Below are positions 1 through 10,300 of a DNA stretch of 63,659 nucleotides, one piece after another (the stretch's first letter is position 1; every line of letters begins with the position of its first letter). Source of the DNA: an uncultured Clostridia bacterium. GTDB lineage: Bacteria > Bacillota > Clostridia > TANB77 > CAG-508. The notes below the pieces were generated by a model. The model did not search any database, was not told the origin of the DNA, and saw only the letters and a list, made by a program, of their open reading frames with translations. Where the stretch lies: the NCBI GenBank assembly GCA_944393125.1, contig CALXZB010000004.1:1-63659 (forward strand), written 5' to 3'. A program made the translations under genes and the position numbers.

Positions 1-12
1 AATTTTTAAAAC

Positions 13-46
13 AAAAAATCCAACTCTTATCGAGCTGGATTTTTTG
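13..46 (-). terminator. Putative rho-independent terminator downstream of the coat-protein gene pair
   Basis: Imperfect hairpin (ATCCAAC ... GCTGGAT) flanked by an A-run and a T-run. It lies just beyond the minus-strand stop at 81. Confidence 0.5.
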
Positions 47-80
47 TTTTTTGGGCTCCTATTTCAGGACACCCTCTTTT

Positions 81-329
81 TTATCCTTGTTGTAATTCTG
101 TTTTTACAGTTTGAAGTTCTGTTACTGTAGCTTTTTGTGCGGGTTTATAATATCCTTTTGCATTTGCTATTTTAAATAATTCATATTGAAAACATTCATC
201 ATTATTTCTTATTTGTTGAAATGTTTGTCTTAATTGCATATTTTCTGTTTCAGAGATTGCTGTTTGATAAGCACTTAAATCTGCTTTTACATTTCCTAAA
301 ATATCATTTACCATTGTTTTCTCATTCAT
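81..329 (-). CDS. Coat F domain (CotF-like) spore coat protein
   Basis: 82-aa ORF with an AAGGAGAG Shine-Dalgarno (SD) upstream of the ATG. The helical sequence (LSAYQTAISETEN..LRQTFQQIRNNDECFQYELFK) resembles the Coat F family. Confidence 0.75.
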   Translation of the reverse strand: MNEKTMVNDILGNVKADLSAYQTAISETENMQLRQTFQQIRNNDECFQYELFKIANAKGYYKPAQKATVTELQTVKTELQQG

Positions 330-345
330 AATTAACTCTCCTTTA

Positions 346-534
346 CTAATTATTTAAGAAATTCATTAATTTTTGTTTTGTATTTAATGCATCTTGTGCT
401 GATTTTGTAAACATTTGCTTAATTTGAGCATCTTGTACTTGTTCTGCATATGTGGTTAATTTTTGATATGCAGTTTCATGTGTCCCAATTAAATGTCTTA
501 AATGTTGTAATTCAACTTGTGTTAAATCTGCCAT
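346..534 (-). CDS. Small helical protein paired with the CotF-like gene (hypothetical, spore-coat associated)
   Basis: ORF 346..543. Met4 (MADLTQVELQHL..) is preceded by AAAGGA at proper spacing, so the start is set at 534. It sits 17 nt upstream of the coat F gene on the same strand. Confidence 0.6.
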   Translation of the reverse strand: MADLTQVELQHLRHLIGTHETAYQKLTTYAEQVQDAQIKQMFTKSAQDALNTKQKLMNFLNN

Positions 535-644
535 AAAAATCATCCTTTCTTTTCTTGTTTGTCATAGTTTATGTAGATTTAAACTTTTTATACAAAACAT
601 ATAAAAACAAATGCAATAAATATTAAATTATTAGTAATCGTTTT

Positions 645-2969
645 TTATATAATTTCTAAATTAGCAAATTTTGCCATCAAACGCTTATGTCCGAATTTAT
701 CAAAATTAATATCTACTTTCAAGTCTGTACCTTCTGGTTCAACATAATTAATTGTACCTTCTCCAAACTTTTTGTGATAAACTCTAGTTCCAGATTGGTA
801 TGCAGAAAAATCAACTGTTTGATTTGTAGCTTTTTTATTTATATTATTTAAGAAACTTTCTGCTGTCCTAAATGCAAACCCTGTTTCAGAATTCTTTGTA
901 TTTGTTGAGCTTGCTACTGCGTATTGTGGTTCAGTAATTTTATAAGTTTTTATATTTCCATTATTTTTATTACCATAACTCCAAGTATACCCACTATCTG
1001 AGAATTTATCTTCTTTATTTTGAGAAATTTTGCCTATGCATATATCATCATATCCATCTAGCAATTCTTTTGGAATTTCCTGTAAAAACCTTGATGGTGG
1101 GTTATGTGTTGTTGAACCAAATGTTGTACGTTGTTTACTGTTTGTTAAAAATAAGTTTTCTTTTGCTCTTGTTACTCCTACATAACATAATCTTCTTTCT
1201 TCTTCAAGTTCTTTTTGTTCTCCAATTGATTTATATCCTGGGAAAATTCCTTCTTCCATTCCAACTAAAAATACTACTGGAAACTCAAGTCCTTTGGCAC
1301 TGTGTAAAGTCATTAGTGTAACTGTTTCTTCTGTTTCTTCCATATTATCCAAATCACTTGACAATGTAATTCCCTCTAGGAAATCACTTAAATTATTTTC
1401 AGCAAACTCTTTTTCAAATTCCATTGCAACTGTCAAAAATTCATCCAAATTTGCAATCCTATTTTCTGCTTCAATAGTATTTTCATTTTCAAGTGCCCTT
1501 GTATAACCTGTATCTTTTAAAATCTTTTTTATTAGTTCTGAAATAGTAAGTTGATCTTTTTTATTAATAATATCTTCCATACAACTAATAAATTCCCTTG
1601 AATTTAGATATACTCTATTTAATCCGTATTGATCTGCATTTTTAATAATTTGGTACATTGACACATTATTTTGTTCAGCAATTTGTGCAATGTTGTCTAA
1701 GCTAGTTTTCCCTATTCCTCTTTTAGGTTCATTTATAATCCTATTTAAACTTAAATTATCTGATGTATTTTGTACTAGTCTTAAGTATGAAATTATATCT
1801 TTTATTTCTTTTCTTTCATAAAATTTTAAACCACCTATAATTTTATATGGTATGGCTTCTCTTCTTAATATTTCCTCTATTGCTCTAGATTGTGTATTCA
1901 TTCTATATAAAACTGCAAAATCAGAATATTTATATTTTTCTTCTCTTCTTAGATGTTCTATTTGTTCTGCAATATATTTTCCTTCATCATATTCATTATC
2001 TGCTGAAAATACTTTTGGTAAATTTCCAGTTTCATTTTCCGTCCATAATTTTTTATCATATTTTACTTCATTATTTTTTATAACTGCATTTGCAACTTTT
2101 AAAATATTTCCTGTGCATCTGTAGTTTTGTTCTAACTTTATTATTTTAGTTCCTGGAAAATCTCTTTCAAAGTTTAAAATATTTGAAATATCTGCACCAC
2201 GAAAACTATATATTCCTTGATCATTGTCTCCTACTGCTGTAATGTTTCCATGTTTAGAAGCTAACATTGTTACTAATGTAAATTGAGATTTATTTGTATC
2301 TTGATATTCATCTACTAAAATATATTGAAATTTATTTGAATAATATTCTAATACATCAGGATTTTCCATTAGTATTTTAATTGTATAGTTAATTATATCG
2401 TCAAAGTCTATTGCATTATTTTCTTTTAATCTTTTTTGATATAAAGCATATACATTTGCAATTTTCTCTTTTCTAAAGTCTCCATGTGCTTTTAATGTAT
2501 AACTATCTGGTTCTATCATATCATTCTTTGCATTACTTATTTCTGCTGATATTGATTTATCATTTAGTAATTTATCATCTATTTCAAGTTCTTTCATACA
2601 TTGTTTTATTAATGTCTTTTGATCTGTTGAATCAAATATTATAAATGATGTTTCAAAACCTATTCTATCTATAAATTTTCTTAAAATTCTTACACATATA
2701 GAATGAAAAGTTCCTATCCACATGTCTTTTCCTGCATCTCCAATAAGTTTTTCTATTCTCTCTTTCATTTCATTTGCAGCTTTATTAGTAAATGTTATTG
2801 CTAGTATATTCCATGGTAATGCTTTTTTTTGTTCCATTATATAGGCTATTTTATGTGTAAGTACTTTTGTTTTTCCGCTTCCTGCACCAGCTATTACCAA
2901 GCATGGTCCTTCTGTGTTTATTACTGCTTCATATTGTTTGTCATTTAGTCCTTCTAATATATTATTCAT
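645..2969 (-). CDS. pcrA: ATP-dependent DNA helicase PcrA (UvrD/Rep superfamily 1)
   Basis: 774 aa. Walker A AGAGSGKTKVL, DEYQDT motif II, the TLHSAKGLEF and VGVTRA helicase motifs, and a C-terminal Tudor-like tail (YHKKFGEGTI). Confidence 0.95.
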   Translation of the reverse strand: MNNILEGLNDKQYEAVINTEGPCLVIAGAGSGKTKVLTHKIAYIMEQKKALPWNILAITFTNKAANEMKERIEKLIGDAGKDMWIGTFHSICVRILRKFIDRIGFETSFIIFDSTDQKTLIKQCMKELEIDDKLLNDKSISAEISNAKNDMIEPDSYTLKAHGDFRKEKIANVYALYQKRLKENNAIDFDDIINYTIKILMENPDVLEYYSNKFQYILVDEYQDTNKSQFTLVTMLASKHGNITAVGDNDQGIYSFRGADISNILNFERDFPGTKIIKLEQNYRCTGNILKVANAVIKNNEVKYDKKLWTENETGNLPKVFSADNEYDEGKYIAEQIEHLRREEKYKYSDFAVLYRMNTQSRAIEEILRREAIPYKIIGGLKFYERKEIKDIISYLRLVQNTSDNLSLNRIINEPKRGIGKTSLDNIAQIAEQNNVSMYQIIKNADQYGLNRVYLNSREFISCMEDIINKKDQLTISELIKKILKDTGYTRALENENTIEAENRIANLDEFLTVAMEFEKEFAENNLSDFLEGITLSSDLDNMEETEETVTLMTLHSAKGLEFPVVFLVGMEEGIFPGYKSIGEQKELEEERRLCYVGVTRAKENLFLTNSKQRTTFGSTTHNPPSRFLQEIPKELLDGYDDICIGKISQNKEDKFSDSGYTWSYGNKNNGNIKTYKITEPQYAVASSTNTKNSETGFAFRTAESFLNNINKKATNQTVDFSAYQSGTRVYHKKFGEGTINYVEPEGTDLKVDINFDKFGHKRLMAKFANLEII

Positions 2970-3070
2970 TATTTTTTCCTTTCTTTATTCAAATATTTGT
3001 TTGTATTTTACTATATTTTCTTTTAAAATGCAATATTTTTTTGTTTTAATTTACAATTTTTCTAATTTAT

Positions 3071-3120
3071 AACAAGCCCTAATTGTTAAACTTATTTTTG
3101 TTTAATAATTAAGGCTTGTT
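3071..3120 (-). terminator. Long hairpin downstream of the AAA+ ATPase gene
   Basis: 14-nt arms AACAAGCCCTAATT / AATTAAGGCTTGTT with one mismatch around a 22-nt loop, located between stop 3148 and the pcrA start. Confidence 0.5.
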
Positions 3121-3147
3121 TCAAAACTCGCATATTTCTTTTATATG

Positions 3148-4749
3148 TTAATTTTCAATATTTCTCATTTCTTCTAATCCTAACAAATATAGATATACAA
3201 AAGCTGGAATTTTTACAATTTTTTTCCCAGATTTTAATGATATTATGTCATAGTCATCTATATTCTTAGTTATTACGAACAGTCTATCTCTTTCACCTTG
3301 TTTTTGATATATTGGGTTATCTTGTTTGATTGTACTATTTTCTCTATATTTTACTTCTACATACATATTTTCCTTAACCGAATTTGTAATTATATCTATC
3401 TCCTTATTTGTTTTTCCATCTCTATAATACCCCATTGTACCTGTAGTATTTTGAATGTATGTATGCATATGCCTATATACTGCTGTTTCAACTATATATC
3501 CCATCTCTATTGAATCTGTTTGTATATCATCTTTCATTAATACAGCATTTCTCAATGCACTATCTGCAATGTAAATTTTAGGCTTACCCTTTAACATTTT
3601 AGTTCCAGTTGCATTTAATTGTTCACTAACATATATCAAGTTTGCACTTTCTAAGTATTTTATATAATCTTGTATGGTTGGTACAGTTACTCCCTCTAAA
3701 TTTTGACTCATTGTGGTATAATTTATTATATTTGATGATTCAAAACATAAATATAAAAATACTTTCTCGAGTATACTAATGTTTCTAATTCCAAACAATT
3801 CAGGCATATCTCTTTTTAATACCTTATCTACAATATCTTCTCTTAATATTCTTTGGGCTAGATTATCATCTTTAGATAATGCCAATTCAGGAAAACCTCC
3901 TAATGTTAGATATCTGTTGAAATGTTTTTTTATTGGTTCTAATATATTTACTATTCGTGCAAGTTCTTCTAGATTCATTTTTTCTAAGTTATTTACCGAA
4001 AATGTTTTAGGTATTTGTTTATTAATTTTTTCTATGTTTTTATAATTTTCAGAAATATTAGATATTATTTCATTAAAAAGTTCCCTATTCTTTTCTTTGC
4101 TCATCTCTTTTTTCTTGAGTTTATCTTTTATTCCTTGTGGTAGATTCTTTATTCCCTCTATAAGAGCATCTGCATTTAATTCTGACTTTTCTTCCACTAA
4201 TCTACAATATTCATAAAAAGATAATGTTGGTACTGTTATTGTTTTCCATCTTCCGACACCACTCTCTGTAATTCCTCTTTCTATTAGTGGACTTGCACTT
4301 CCAGTTGCTACTATATTCCAATTTTTGTATTGATCGAAAAATACTTTAAGCCAATTATTCCAATCTTTTGCATACTGAATTTCATCTAAAAAAACATATA
4401 TTTGACTGTCTACTGCAAAATTATTTATATATATATCCATTATCTTGTCTAATGTTCCAAATTTTAATATTGGATTGTCTAATGTTAAATATAAAATATT
4501 TTTTTCGTTTATTCCTTTCTCTAATAATTTTTGAATTAGCTGATACAATATTGTTGTTTTTCCAACCCTTCTTGCTCCAGATAATACAATAAATCTTCTT
4601 ACAGTTTTATTTACTATAATTCTTTCTGCTTCATAATAAGCAGTTCTTTTCATTTCTTTTAAATATTCTTTTGGTATTTGACCGCTTTTCCACCAAGGGT
4701 TATATGCATTTAGAATTTTTAATACTTGTTCTTCATCAAAAATTGCCAT
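3148..4749 (-). CDS. AAA+ ATPase with C-terminal DUF4143-like domain (COG1373-type)
   Basis: 533 aa. Walker A SGARRVGKTT and Walker B VFLDEIQY. The C-terminal part resembles DUF4143 (restriction-endonuclease-like). Strong AAGGAGGGG SD. Confidence 0.8.
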   Translation of the reverse strand: MAIFDEEQVLKILNAYNPWWKSGQIPKEYLKEMKRTAYYEAERIIVNKTVRRFIVLSGARRVGKTTILYQLIQKLLEKGINEKNILYLTLDNPILKFGTLDKIMDIYINNFAVDSQIYVFLDEIQYAKDWNNWLKVFFDQYKNWNIVATGSASPLIERGITESGVGRWKTITVPTLSFYEYCRLVEEKSELNADALIEGIKNLPQGIKDKLKKKEMSKEKNRELFNEIISNISENYKNIEKINKQIPKTFSVNNLEKMNLEELARIVNILEPIKKHFNRYLTLGGFPELALSKDDNLAQRILREDIVDKVLKRDMPELFGIRNISILEKVFLYLCFESSNIINYTTMSQNLEGVTVPTIQDYIKYLESANLIYVSEQLNATGTKMLKGKPKIYIADSALRNAVLMKDDIQTDSIEMGYIVETAVYRHMHTYIQNTTGTMGYYRDGKTNKEIDIITNSVKENMYVEVKYRENSTIKQDNPIYQKQGERDRLFVITKNIDDYDIISLKSGKKIVKIPAFVYLYLLGLEEMRNIEN

Positions 4750-4914
4750 CTTTTCCCCTCCTTATATATAATATATACCATATTTTTTATTTTGTCAAGA
4801 AAAATACAAAGTATAGTTTGTATTTTTTCGACTTTTTTCTAAATTATGTTCTTTTTTCTATCAAAAAAACTCCTTTAATACATAGTTTTCCTATATTTTA
4901 AAAGAGTTTTTATT

Positions 4915-5976
4915 TTATTCTTCTTCACCTTTAAGTTTTTCTGCTCTATCTGCTGCAATTAAATTATCTACCATTTCGTCAATATCTCCATTTAGGAAAT
5001 TCTCCATTTGGAATATACTCATTCCTATTCTATGGTCTGTAATTCTTCCTTGTGGATAATTATAAGTACGAATTTTTTCACTTCTATCTCCACTACCAAC
5101 TTGTGTTTTTCTAGCATTTGCAATTTCTGAGTCTTGTTTTTCTTTTTCTATATTATATAATCTAGAACGTAACATCTTCATAGCATATTCTCTATTTTGT
5201 AATTGTGAACGCTCTGTTTGGCATTCAACTACTATTCCTGTTGGTTCATGTATAAGCCTTACTGCTGATGATGTTTTGTTAACATGTTGTCCTCCTGCAC
5301 CAGAAGCCCTAAATACTTCCATTTTAATATCAGCTGGATTTATTTCAATTTCTACATCTTCTACAACTGGTAATACTGCTACAGTAGCTGTTGATGTATG
5401 TATTCTTCCACTACTTTCTGTATCTGGAACTCTTTGCACTCTGTGTACACCACTTTCAAATTTTAATCTACTATAAGCTCCTTTTCCTGTAATCATAAAT
5501 GATATTTCTTTATATCCACCTAGTTCTGTGGCATTTTCATTTAATATATCTATTTTCCAATGCTTTCTTTCTGCATACATTGAATACATTCTAAATAATG
5601 TTCCTGCAAATAATGCTGCTTCTTCTCCTCCAGCTCCTCCACGAATTTCACATATTATATTTTTATCATCATTAGGGTCTTTTGGAATTAATAAAGTTTT
5701 TAGTTCATCTTCAATTTGTGGAAGTTTTTCTTTAGCTTCATAATAATCTATTTCTGCTAGTTCTTTTAATTCTTTATCTTCCATCATTTCTTTAGCATCT
5801 TCCATTCTTTGTTTTTCTTTTTTATATTCTCTATATTTTTGAACTACTTCTTCTATTGAACCATGCTCTCTTATTAATTTTTGCCATTCTGCTTGGTTTG
5901 CAATTATTTCTGGATCACTTATCATTTTAGTTAATTCTTCATATCTGTTTTCTACCACTTCTAATTTGTCAAACAT
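4915..5976 (-). CDS. prfA: Peptide chain release factor 1
   Basis: 353 aa. GGQ motif ([11 protein letters not shown]) and RF1-type tripeptide region [17 protein letters not shown]. Confidence 0.95.
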   Translation of the reverse strand: MFDKLEVVENRYEELTKMISDPEIIANQAEWQKLIREHGSIEEVVQKYREYKKEKQRMEDAKEMMEDKELKELAEIDYYEAKEKLPQIEDELKTLLIPKDPNDDKNIICEIRGGAGGEEAALFAGTLFRMYSMYAERKHWKIDILNENATELGGYKEISFMITGKGAYSRLKFESGVHRVQRVPDTESSGRIHTSTATVAVLPVVEDVEIEINPADIKMEVFRASGAGGQHVNKTSSAVRLIHEPTGIVVECQTERSQLQNREYAMKMLRSRLYNIEKEKQDSEIANARKTQVGSGDRSEKIRTYNYPQGRITDHRIGMSIFQMENFLNGDIDEMVDNLIAADRAEKLKGEEE

Positions 5977-6085
5977 AAATCTTCTCCTTTTTCATAAATT
6001 CGCTTTATATTATACTATATATTACCACTTTTTTCAAGTAATTCATAATAAATTAGTTTTCTTCCGTTTTGAATCTAATAATTTT

Positions 6086-7210
6086 TTATTCTAATTCTTC
6101 TCCCTCTTCATTCCAAAAAATGTCTTCTAATGTCAAAGTATCACTTTCTGGTTGAATATCAGAGTTTCTTTCTTTTTTATCACATACAAAATTCATCATT
6201 TTTTTCTTTATATCAGTTGGTCTACCCTTTAATTCTACTTTCATTATGCTTTGAGTCATTTGTTGAATTTCTTCAGGTGTTAGTCTTATCATTTTTCTTG
6301 ATTTTCTTGAATATATATAAAATATTTTTTGTTCTTCGTCTTCAGCATAGATGCAAAATGAATATCTTTTTCTACCTTCATTATCAGATAATATGCATTC
6401 TTCTAAAATTGCTTGATTTTCTCCTTTAAAAAATTGTTTTTCTATTGTCACGTCATAGCACACTCTTAAAATTACTTTGTAGAGCTTATTTGCTTCTATA
6501 CACCTTGTATTTCCTAATTGTTCTTGTATTCTAGAATCATTCATAAATATTTCTAACATTTCAATTGGTTTCTTACCTTCAGCTATGAGTTTCCCTGCTA
6601 AAGCCATAATATATTCATCTATGAATTTTTCACTTGTTCCTAAATTATAAACTTTTTTAAAAACTCTATCTACTGTTTCTCCATCTAATATTTGTATTGA
6701 AACTCCGTTTTCAACTTTGTTTCCATGTCTATTTCTTCCAAAAGTTTTTGGTTTAGATTTTGTCTGTAATCTCATTAAATCATTTTGAATATCAACTTCT
6801 ATAAATTTTCCATTTGATAGTTTTACTAGTGGACATATATGTTCTTGACTTTTACTTGATGTTTCTCTAAATATTTCATTATTACCTGCTTTTATTTCAT
6901 ACCCCATTCCACGTTTTTGATATATTATCTCATACCCAAATTGTGTAGCCACATATCCAAATAATTCAGCCATTGTAATACATATTAGCTTTCTTTTTAC
7001 TTTTTCCTGTGGCTTTTGTGCTTCTCTTTTTGCTAATTCATATATTTTTTCTTGTGTTTTGCTATCGCCCCATAAATATTTTTCATCAAATGATATATGT
7101 CTTGCAACTTCTTTTTCAATAAATGCTAATCTTTCAATTTCATCATAATCTTTTGGCATTTTTTCTTTTATATATTCTACTAATTCTTTTCTTGTTAACC
7201 TTTTTTCCAT
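6086..7210 (-). CDS. Hypothetical protein, third gene of the yhaO/yhaN-like operon (possible transglutaminase-like Cys-His-Asp fold)
   Basis: 374-aa ORF starting 12 nt after the yhaN-like stop, with a GAGGTAA SD. The weak pattern LICITMAELFGYV ... EHICPLVKLSNGKFIEVD is reminiscent of a transglutaminase-like core. The fold assignment is tentative. Confidence 0.6.
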   Translation of the reverse strand: MEKRLTRKELVEYIKEKMPKDYDEIERLAFIEKEVARHISFDEKYLWGDSKTQEKIYELAKREAQKPQEKVKRKLICITMAELFGYVATQFGYEIIYQKRGMGYEIKAGNNEIFRETSSKSQEHICPLVKLSNGKFIEVDIQNDLMRLQTKSKPKTFGRNRHGNKVENGVSIQILDGETVDRVFKKVYNLGTSEKFIDEYIMALAGKLIAEGKKPIEMLEIFMNDSRIQEQLGNTRCIEANKLYKVILRVCYDVTIEKQFFKGENQAILEECILSDNEGRKRYSFCIYAEDEEQKIFYIYSRKSRKMIRLTPEEIQQMTQSIMKVELKGRPTDIKKKMMNFVCDKKERNSDIQPESDTLTLEDIFWNEEGEELE

Positions 7211-7222
7211 TATATTACCTCA

Positions 7223-9175
7223 TTATAAAATTATTGTATTAAATGAAATTTTTAATTCTTCTAAAATTCTTAGTTCCCTATTAGTACATGTCAAAATAAT
7301 AATTTGTCTATCTGTAAATTCATTTGTTAAAAATTTTAATATATTTTTTAGTCTTTCATCATCATAATAAGCAAATGCTTCATCCAAAATAATTGGCACT
7401 TTTTCTTTTGAAATTTCATCTAACATTGCTAGTCTTAAGGATAAATATAATTGGTCTATTGTTCCTATACTTAGTCTATCTGCTGGAATATAGTTTCCAT
7501 TATCTAGTTCGACAATTAGACCTTGTTCATCATTAAAATGTAATTTACAATATTTTTCATTAGTAATTTTTGAAATATTACTTGATAATTTTTTGGTAAA
7601 TATAGGACTCACATTATTCTTCATTTTTTCATATGCTCTTGATAGTAATTTTTTTGCAAGTTCTATACTTTCATTCATTTTTTCTAAATTTTCATATTGC
7701 TTTTTTAATGAATATATTTCTTCTTCAATACTTGCTATTTTTTCCATTTCTGGTTCAATATTATCTTTTTTTAATTCTAATTTATTTATTTCATTTTTAG
7801 AATTACTTATTTCATTTTCTAATAAATATATTTCTGTATTTATATTTTGCACTTTTAATAAGTTTCTTATCTCATTTTTTTCTATTTTTTCTTCATATTT
7901 TTTTATTAATATATTTTCTTCATAATTATTATTAAGGCTGTTTTCTAATTTTATTTTATTTATTTCTTCTGTTGTTTGTTTAAAAGTATTTTCATATATT
8001 TTTTCTTCATTTTCTAAACTTATTTTTTCTGAATTTATTCTTTCCAAATTTTTATTTTCATTGTCTTTTATTTCTTTTATTTTTGCCTTTAGTTTATTTT
8101 TTAAAAAAACTGAAACAATAAAATATATTGGTATAGTAAGAATAAAAATATATTTAATTATTATATTTTCTATTATTTGTGGAATAAATATAAACCATAA
8201 AACATTTAGTAATATTACTAAGCAAAAAATTATATTTAATTTTTTGTTTAATTTATTTTTTTCACTATTTTTATTAAAATCATTTTTATTATTTTTTTCT
8301 TCTAATATTCTATTATTTATTTTTTCTATTTTATTTTTTATTTCATTAATTTTATTTTTGTTTTCTTCTAGAAAATTTTCTTTAATTTTTATTTTTTCGT
8401 TTTCTAAATTATTTTTTTCTTTTAATAGTTTTATTTCTTTTAATAAATTAAATTTGTGCTCATTTTTTTCTAATTTATTTTTTAATATATTTTTTTCTTC
8501 TTCAATTTCATATTGGAAATTTTCGTATTTTTTTAATTCATTTATTATTTGTTCATTTTTTTCTAAATTTTTTGTAATAATATTTATTGGTTTTTCTCTA
8601 CTTCTATCTGTACCTATTTTTTCTAATTGTATTTTATTTAATTTTTCAACTGCTTTTTTATATGAAATATTGTCCTCTCCTGTTTCTACTAAATTAGATA
8701 TTTTTTGTACTAATACATTTTCAATTCCCTTTTCAAGTTTTACTTCTTGTTGCATTGCTATAGATGTTGCTAAAAACATATCTTCACTTATTTGAGTTTG
8801 TTCTATGAAAAATTCACTACCTTTGTTTTTGTCAATATTAAAATATTTTGTAATATCTTCCCCATTTGTATTAAATATCTTAGGATTTTTTTTATTAAAT
8901 TCTCTATAAATTTCATATTTACTATTATCATCTAATTCATAAATTATTTTTCCAGAATATTCTTCTGAATTCCAAGGTTTATATTTTTCAAAATCTGATA
9001 TATCTTTTCCTTTTTTATTTTTTGATGCACCATATAAAATATTAAGTATAAATTTTAATAATGTTGATTTTCCACTTTCATTTTTACCATAAATTATATT
9101 TAAATTTTTTTCTAAATTTATTTCTTTGTTTTTTAATTTTCCATATGAATTTATTTTTATTTTATTTATTTTCAA
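7223..9175 (-). CDS. YhaN-like AAA/SMC-type ATPase with central transmembrane hairpin
   Basis: 650 aa with a TTG start preceded by a GGAGGG SD. N-terminal Walker A GKNESGKSTLLKF, long Lys/Asn/Glu coiled-coil regions, two central hydrophobic helices, and a C-terminal SIGTIDQLYLSLRLA signature plus PIILDEAF Walker B. Confidence 0.85.
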   Translation of the reverse strand: MKINKIKINSYGKLKNKEINLEKNLNIIYGKNESGKSTLLKFILNILYGASKNKKGKDISDFEKYKPWNSEEYSGKIIYELDDNSKYEIYREFNKKNPKIFNTNGEDITKYFNIDKNKGSEFFIEQTQISEDMFLATSIAMQQEVKLEKGIENVLVQKISNLVETGEDNISYKKAVEKLNKIQLEKIGTDRSREKPINIITKNLEKNEQIINELKKYENFQYEIEEEKNILKNKLEKNEHKFNLLKEIKLLKEKNNLENEKIKIKENFLEENKNKINEIKNKIEKINNRILEEKNNKNDFNKNSEKNKLNKKLNIIFCLVILLNVLWFIFIPQIIENIIIKYIFILTIPIYFIVSVFLKNKLKAKIKEIKDNENKNLERINSEKISLENEEKIYENTFKQTTEEINKIKLENSLNNNYEENILIKKYEEKIEKNEIRNLLKVQNINTEIYLLENEISNSKNEINKLELKKDNIEPEMEKIASIEEEIYSLKKQYENLEKMNESIELAKKLLSRAYEKMKNNVSPIFTKKLSSNISKITNEKYCKLHFNDEQGLIVELDNGNYIPADRLSIGTIDQLYLSLRLAMLDEISKEKVPIILDEAFAYYDDERLKNILKFLTNEFTDRQIIILTCTNRELRILEELKISFNTIIL

Positions 9176-9192
9176 ATAAATCCCTCCAATGT

Positions 9193-10263
9193 TTATTCTA
9201 ATACTTCCATTCCAATTTCTAATGCCTGATCTATTATTTCATCTGTATAAGTCTTATTTTCTATTTCTTGTAATATTTCTTGTGCAAATAGTCCCTTTAA
9301 TGTGTTTTCTTTTGATATTTTTTCTAAATTAAAATTTGGTTTGGTTTCATTTTTTATTTTTATTATTTGATTGTTCAATTCATATTTATATAAATCATAT
9401 ACATTTATTTCAAAATTTCTTTTTCCTGTTAATATTATTTTATATAATTTGTTGAATTGTATTTTTATTTCATTTATTTTTTCAATTAATTCTTCTATTG
9501 AATTTATTTCTGTACAACTAATCTCTGTTTCTACAAATTCAGTTTCATCTAATTTAATAAATTCTAACTTATTTTCAGTAGAATTAATTTCGCCTACTAC
9601 CATTCCATGTTCTCCTAGTTCATCAAATCCTAAAGAAATTGTTGAACCTGGATAAATAATTTTTGAATTTTTTTCAAAATTATTTTTGTGTATATGCCCT
9701 AGTGCTACATAATTAAATCCTTTTTGTTGTAATACAGATTTTGATATTGGGTTATATTGCATATCTAATGAATTTGATCCATCTAAAGTTCCATGTAGTA
9801 CTAATACATTTATTTTTTCTAGGTTTTCTATTTGTAAATTTTCTATGTTTATTGCTGAACAATAAAAATCGTCAAAGCCATACCCATATATATCAATATT
9901 TTCAAATTCAATTTTTTCAATTTGAGGGCCAAAAATATGTACATTTTCATTCCAATTAAATGTTGCATAAAATGATTTTTTTAATATTGGATCATGATTC
10001 CCTGGTGCAATAAAAATTTTAGTGTTTGATATTTCTTTAAACAAGTTATTTATATATTCTATAGTTGATTTTCTAATATGTTGATGTTCGTATAAATCTC
10101 CGGAAATAAATAAATACTCTATTTGATTTTCTTTTATATATTCTATCACTTTTTTAAATACTTTTCTTTGTTCAATTCTTCTATATTCTCCTAAATTTCC
10201 TTTATCAGATAAAGTTACAAACGGAGAATCAAAGTGCATGTCTGCTATATGTACAAATTTCAT
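9193..10263 (-). CDS. YhaO/SbcD-like metallophosphoesterase (DNA repair exonuclease family)
   Basis: 356 aa. Calcineurin-like phosphoesterase motifs HIADMHFD, GDLYE, GNHD and GHIH. It lies directly upstream of the YhaN-like ATPase. Confidence 0.85.
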   Translation of the reverse strand: MKFVHIADMHFDSPFVTLSDKGNLGEYRRIEQRKVFKKVIEYIKENQIEYLFISGDLYEHQHIRKSTIEYINNLFKEISNTKIFIAPGNHDPILKKSFYATFNWNENVHIFGPQIEKIEFENIDIYGYGFDDFYCSAINIENLQIENLEKINVLVLHGTLDGSNSLDMQYNPISKSVLQQKGFNYVALGHIHKNNFEKNSKIIYPGSTISLGFDELGEHGMVVGEINSTENKLEFIKLDETEFVETEISCTEINSIEELIEKINEIKIQFNKLYKIILTGKRNFEINVYDLYKYELNNQIIKIKNETKPNFNLEKISKENTLKGLFAQEILQEIENKTYTDEIIDQALEIGMEVLE

Positions 10264-10300
10264 ATTTTCGCCGTGTGGCTCCCTCCTTTTCTGTTATTTT

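Noticed and set aside
4915-5976. The RF1 recognition tripeptide reads P-D-T rather than the textbook P-A-T.
   Set aside because: The middle residue of PxT is variable, and acidic residues (for example PET) occur in Firmicute RF1. There is no evidence of stop-codon reassignment in the surrounding ORFs.
7900-8600. Highly repetitive A/T-rich DNA (runs of TTTTATT/TTTTCTT units) that superficially resembles tandem repeats or a CRISPR-like array.
   Set aside because: There are no regular repeat-spacer units. The periodicity reflects the Lys/Asn/Glu/Ile-rich coiled-coil coding region of the YhaN-like ATPase on the minus strand.
8061-8795. Long plus-strand ORFs antisense to real genes. Examples are 8061-8795, 26076-26822, 31415-32065, 38884-39579, 40299-40751, 41368-42018, 56661-57233 and 58084-58716, plus many 60-110 aa ORFs.
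   Set aside because: They are Phe/Leu/Ile/Ser-rich, low-complexity translations of the reverse complement of Lys/Glu/Asn-rich genes. They have no SD sequences and overlap well-supported minus-strand CDSs entirely. These are typical shadow ORFs in AT-rich DNA.
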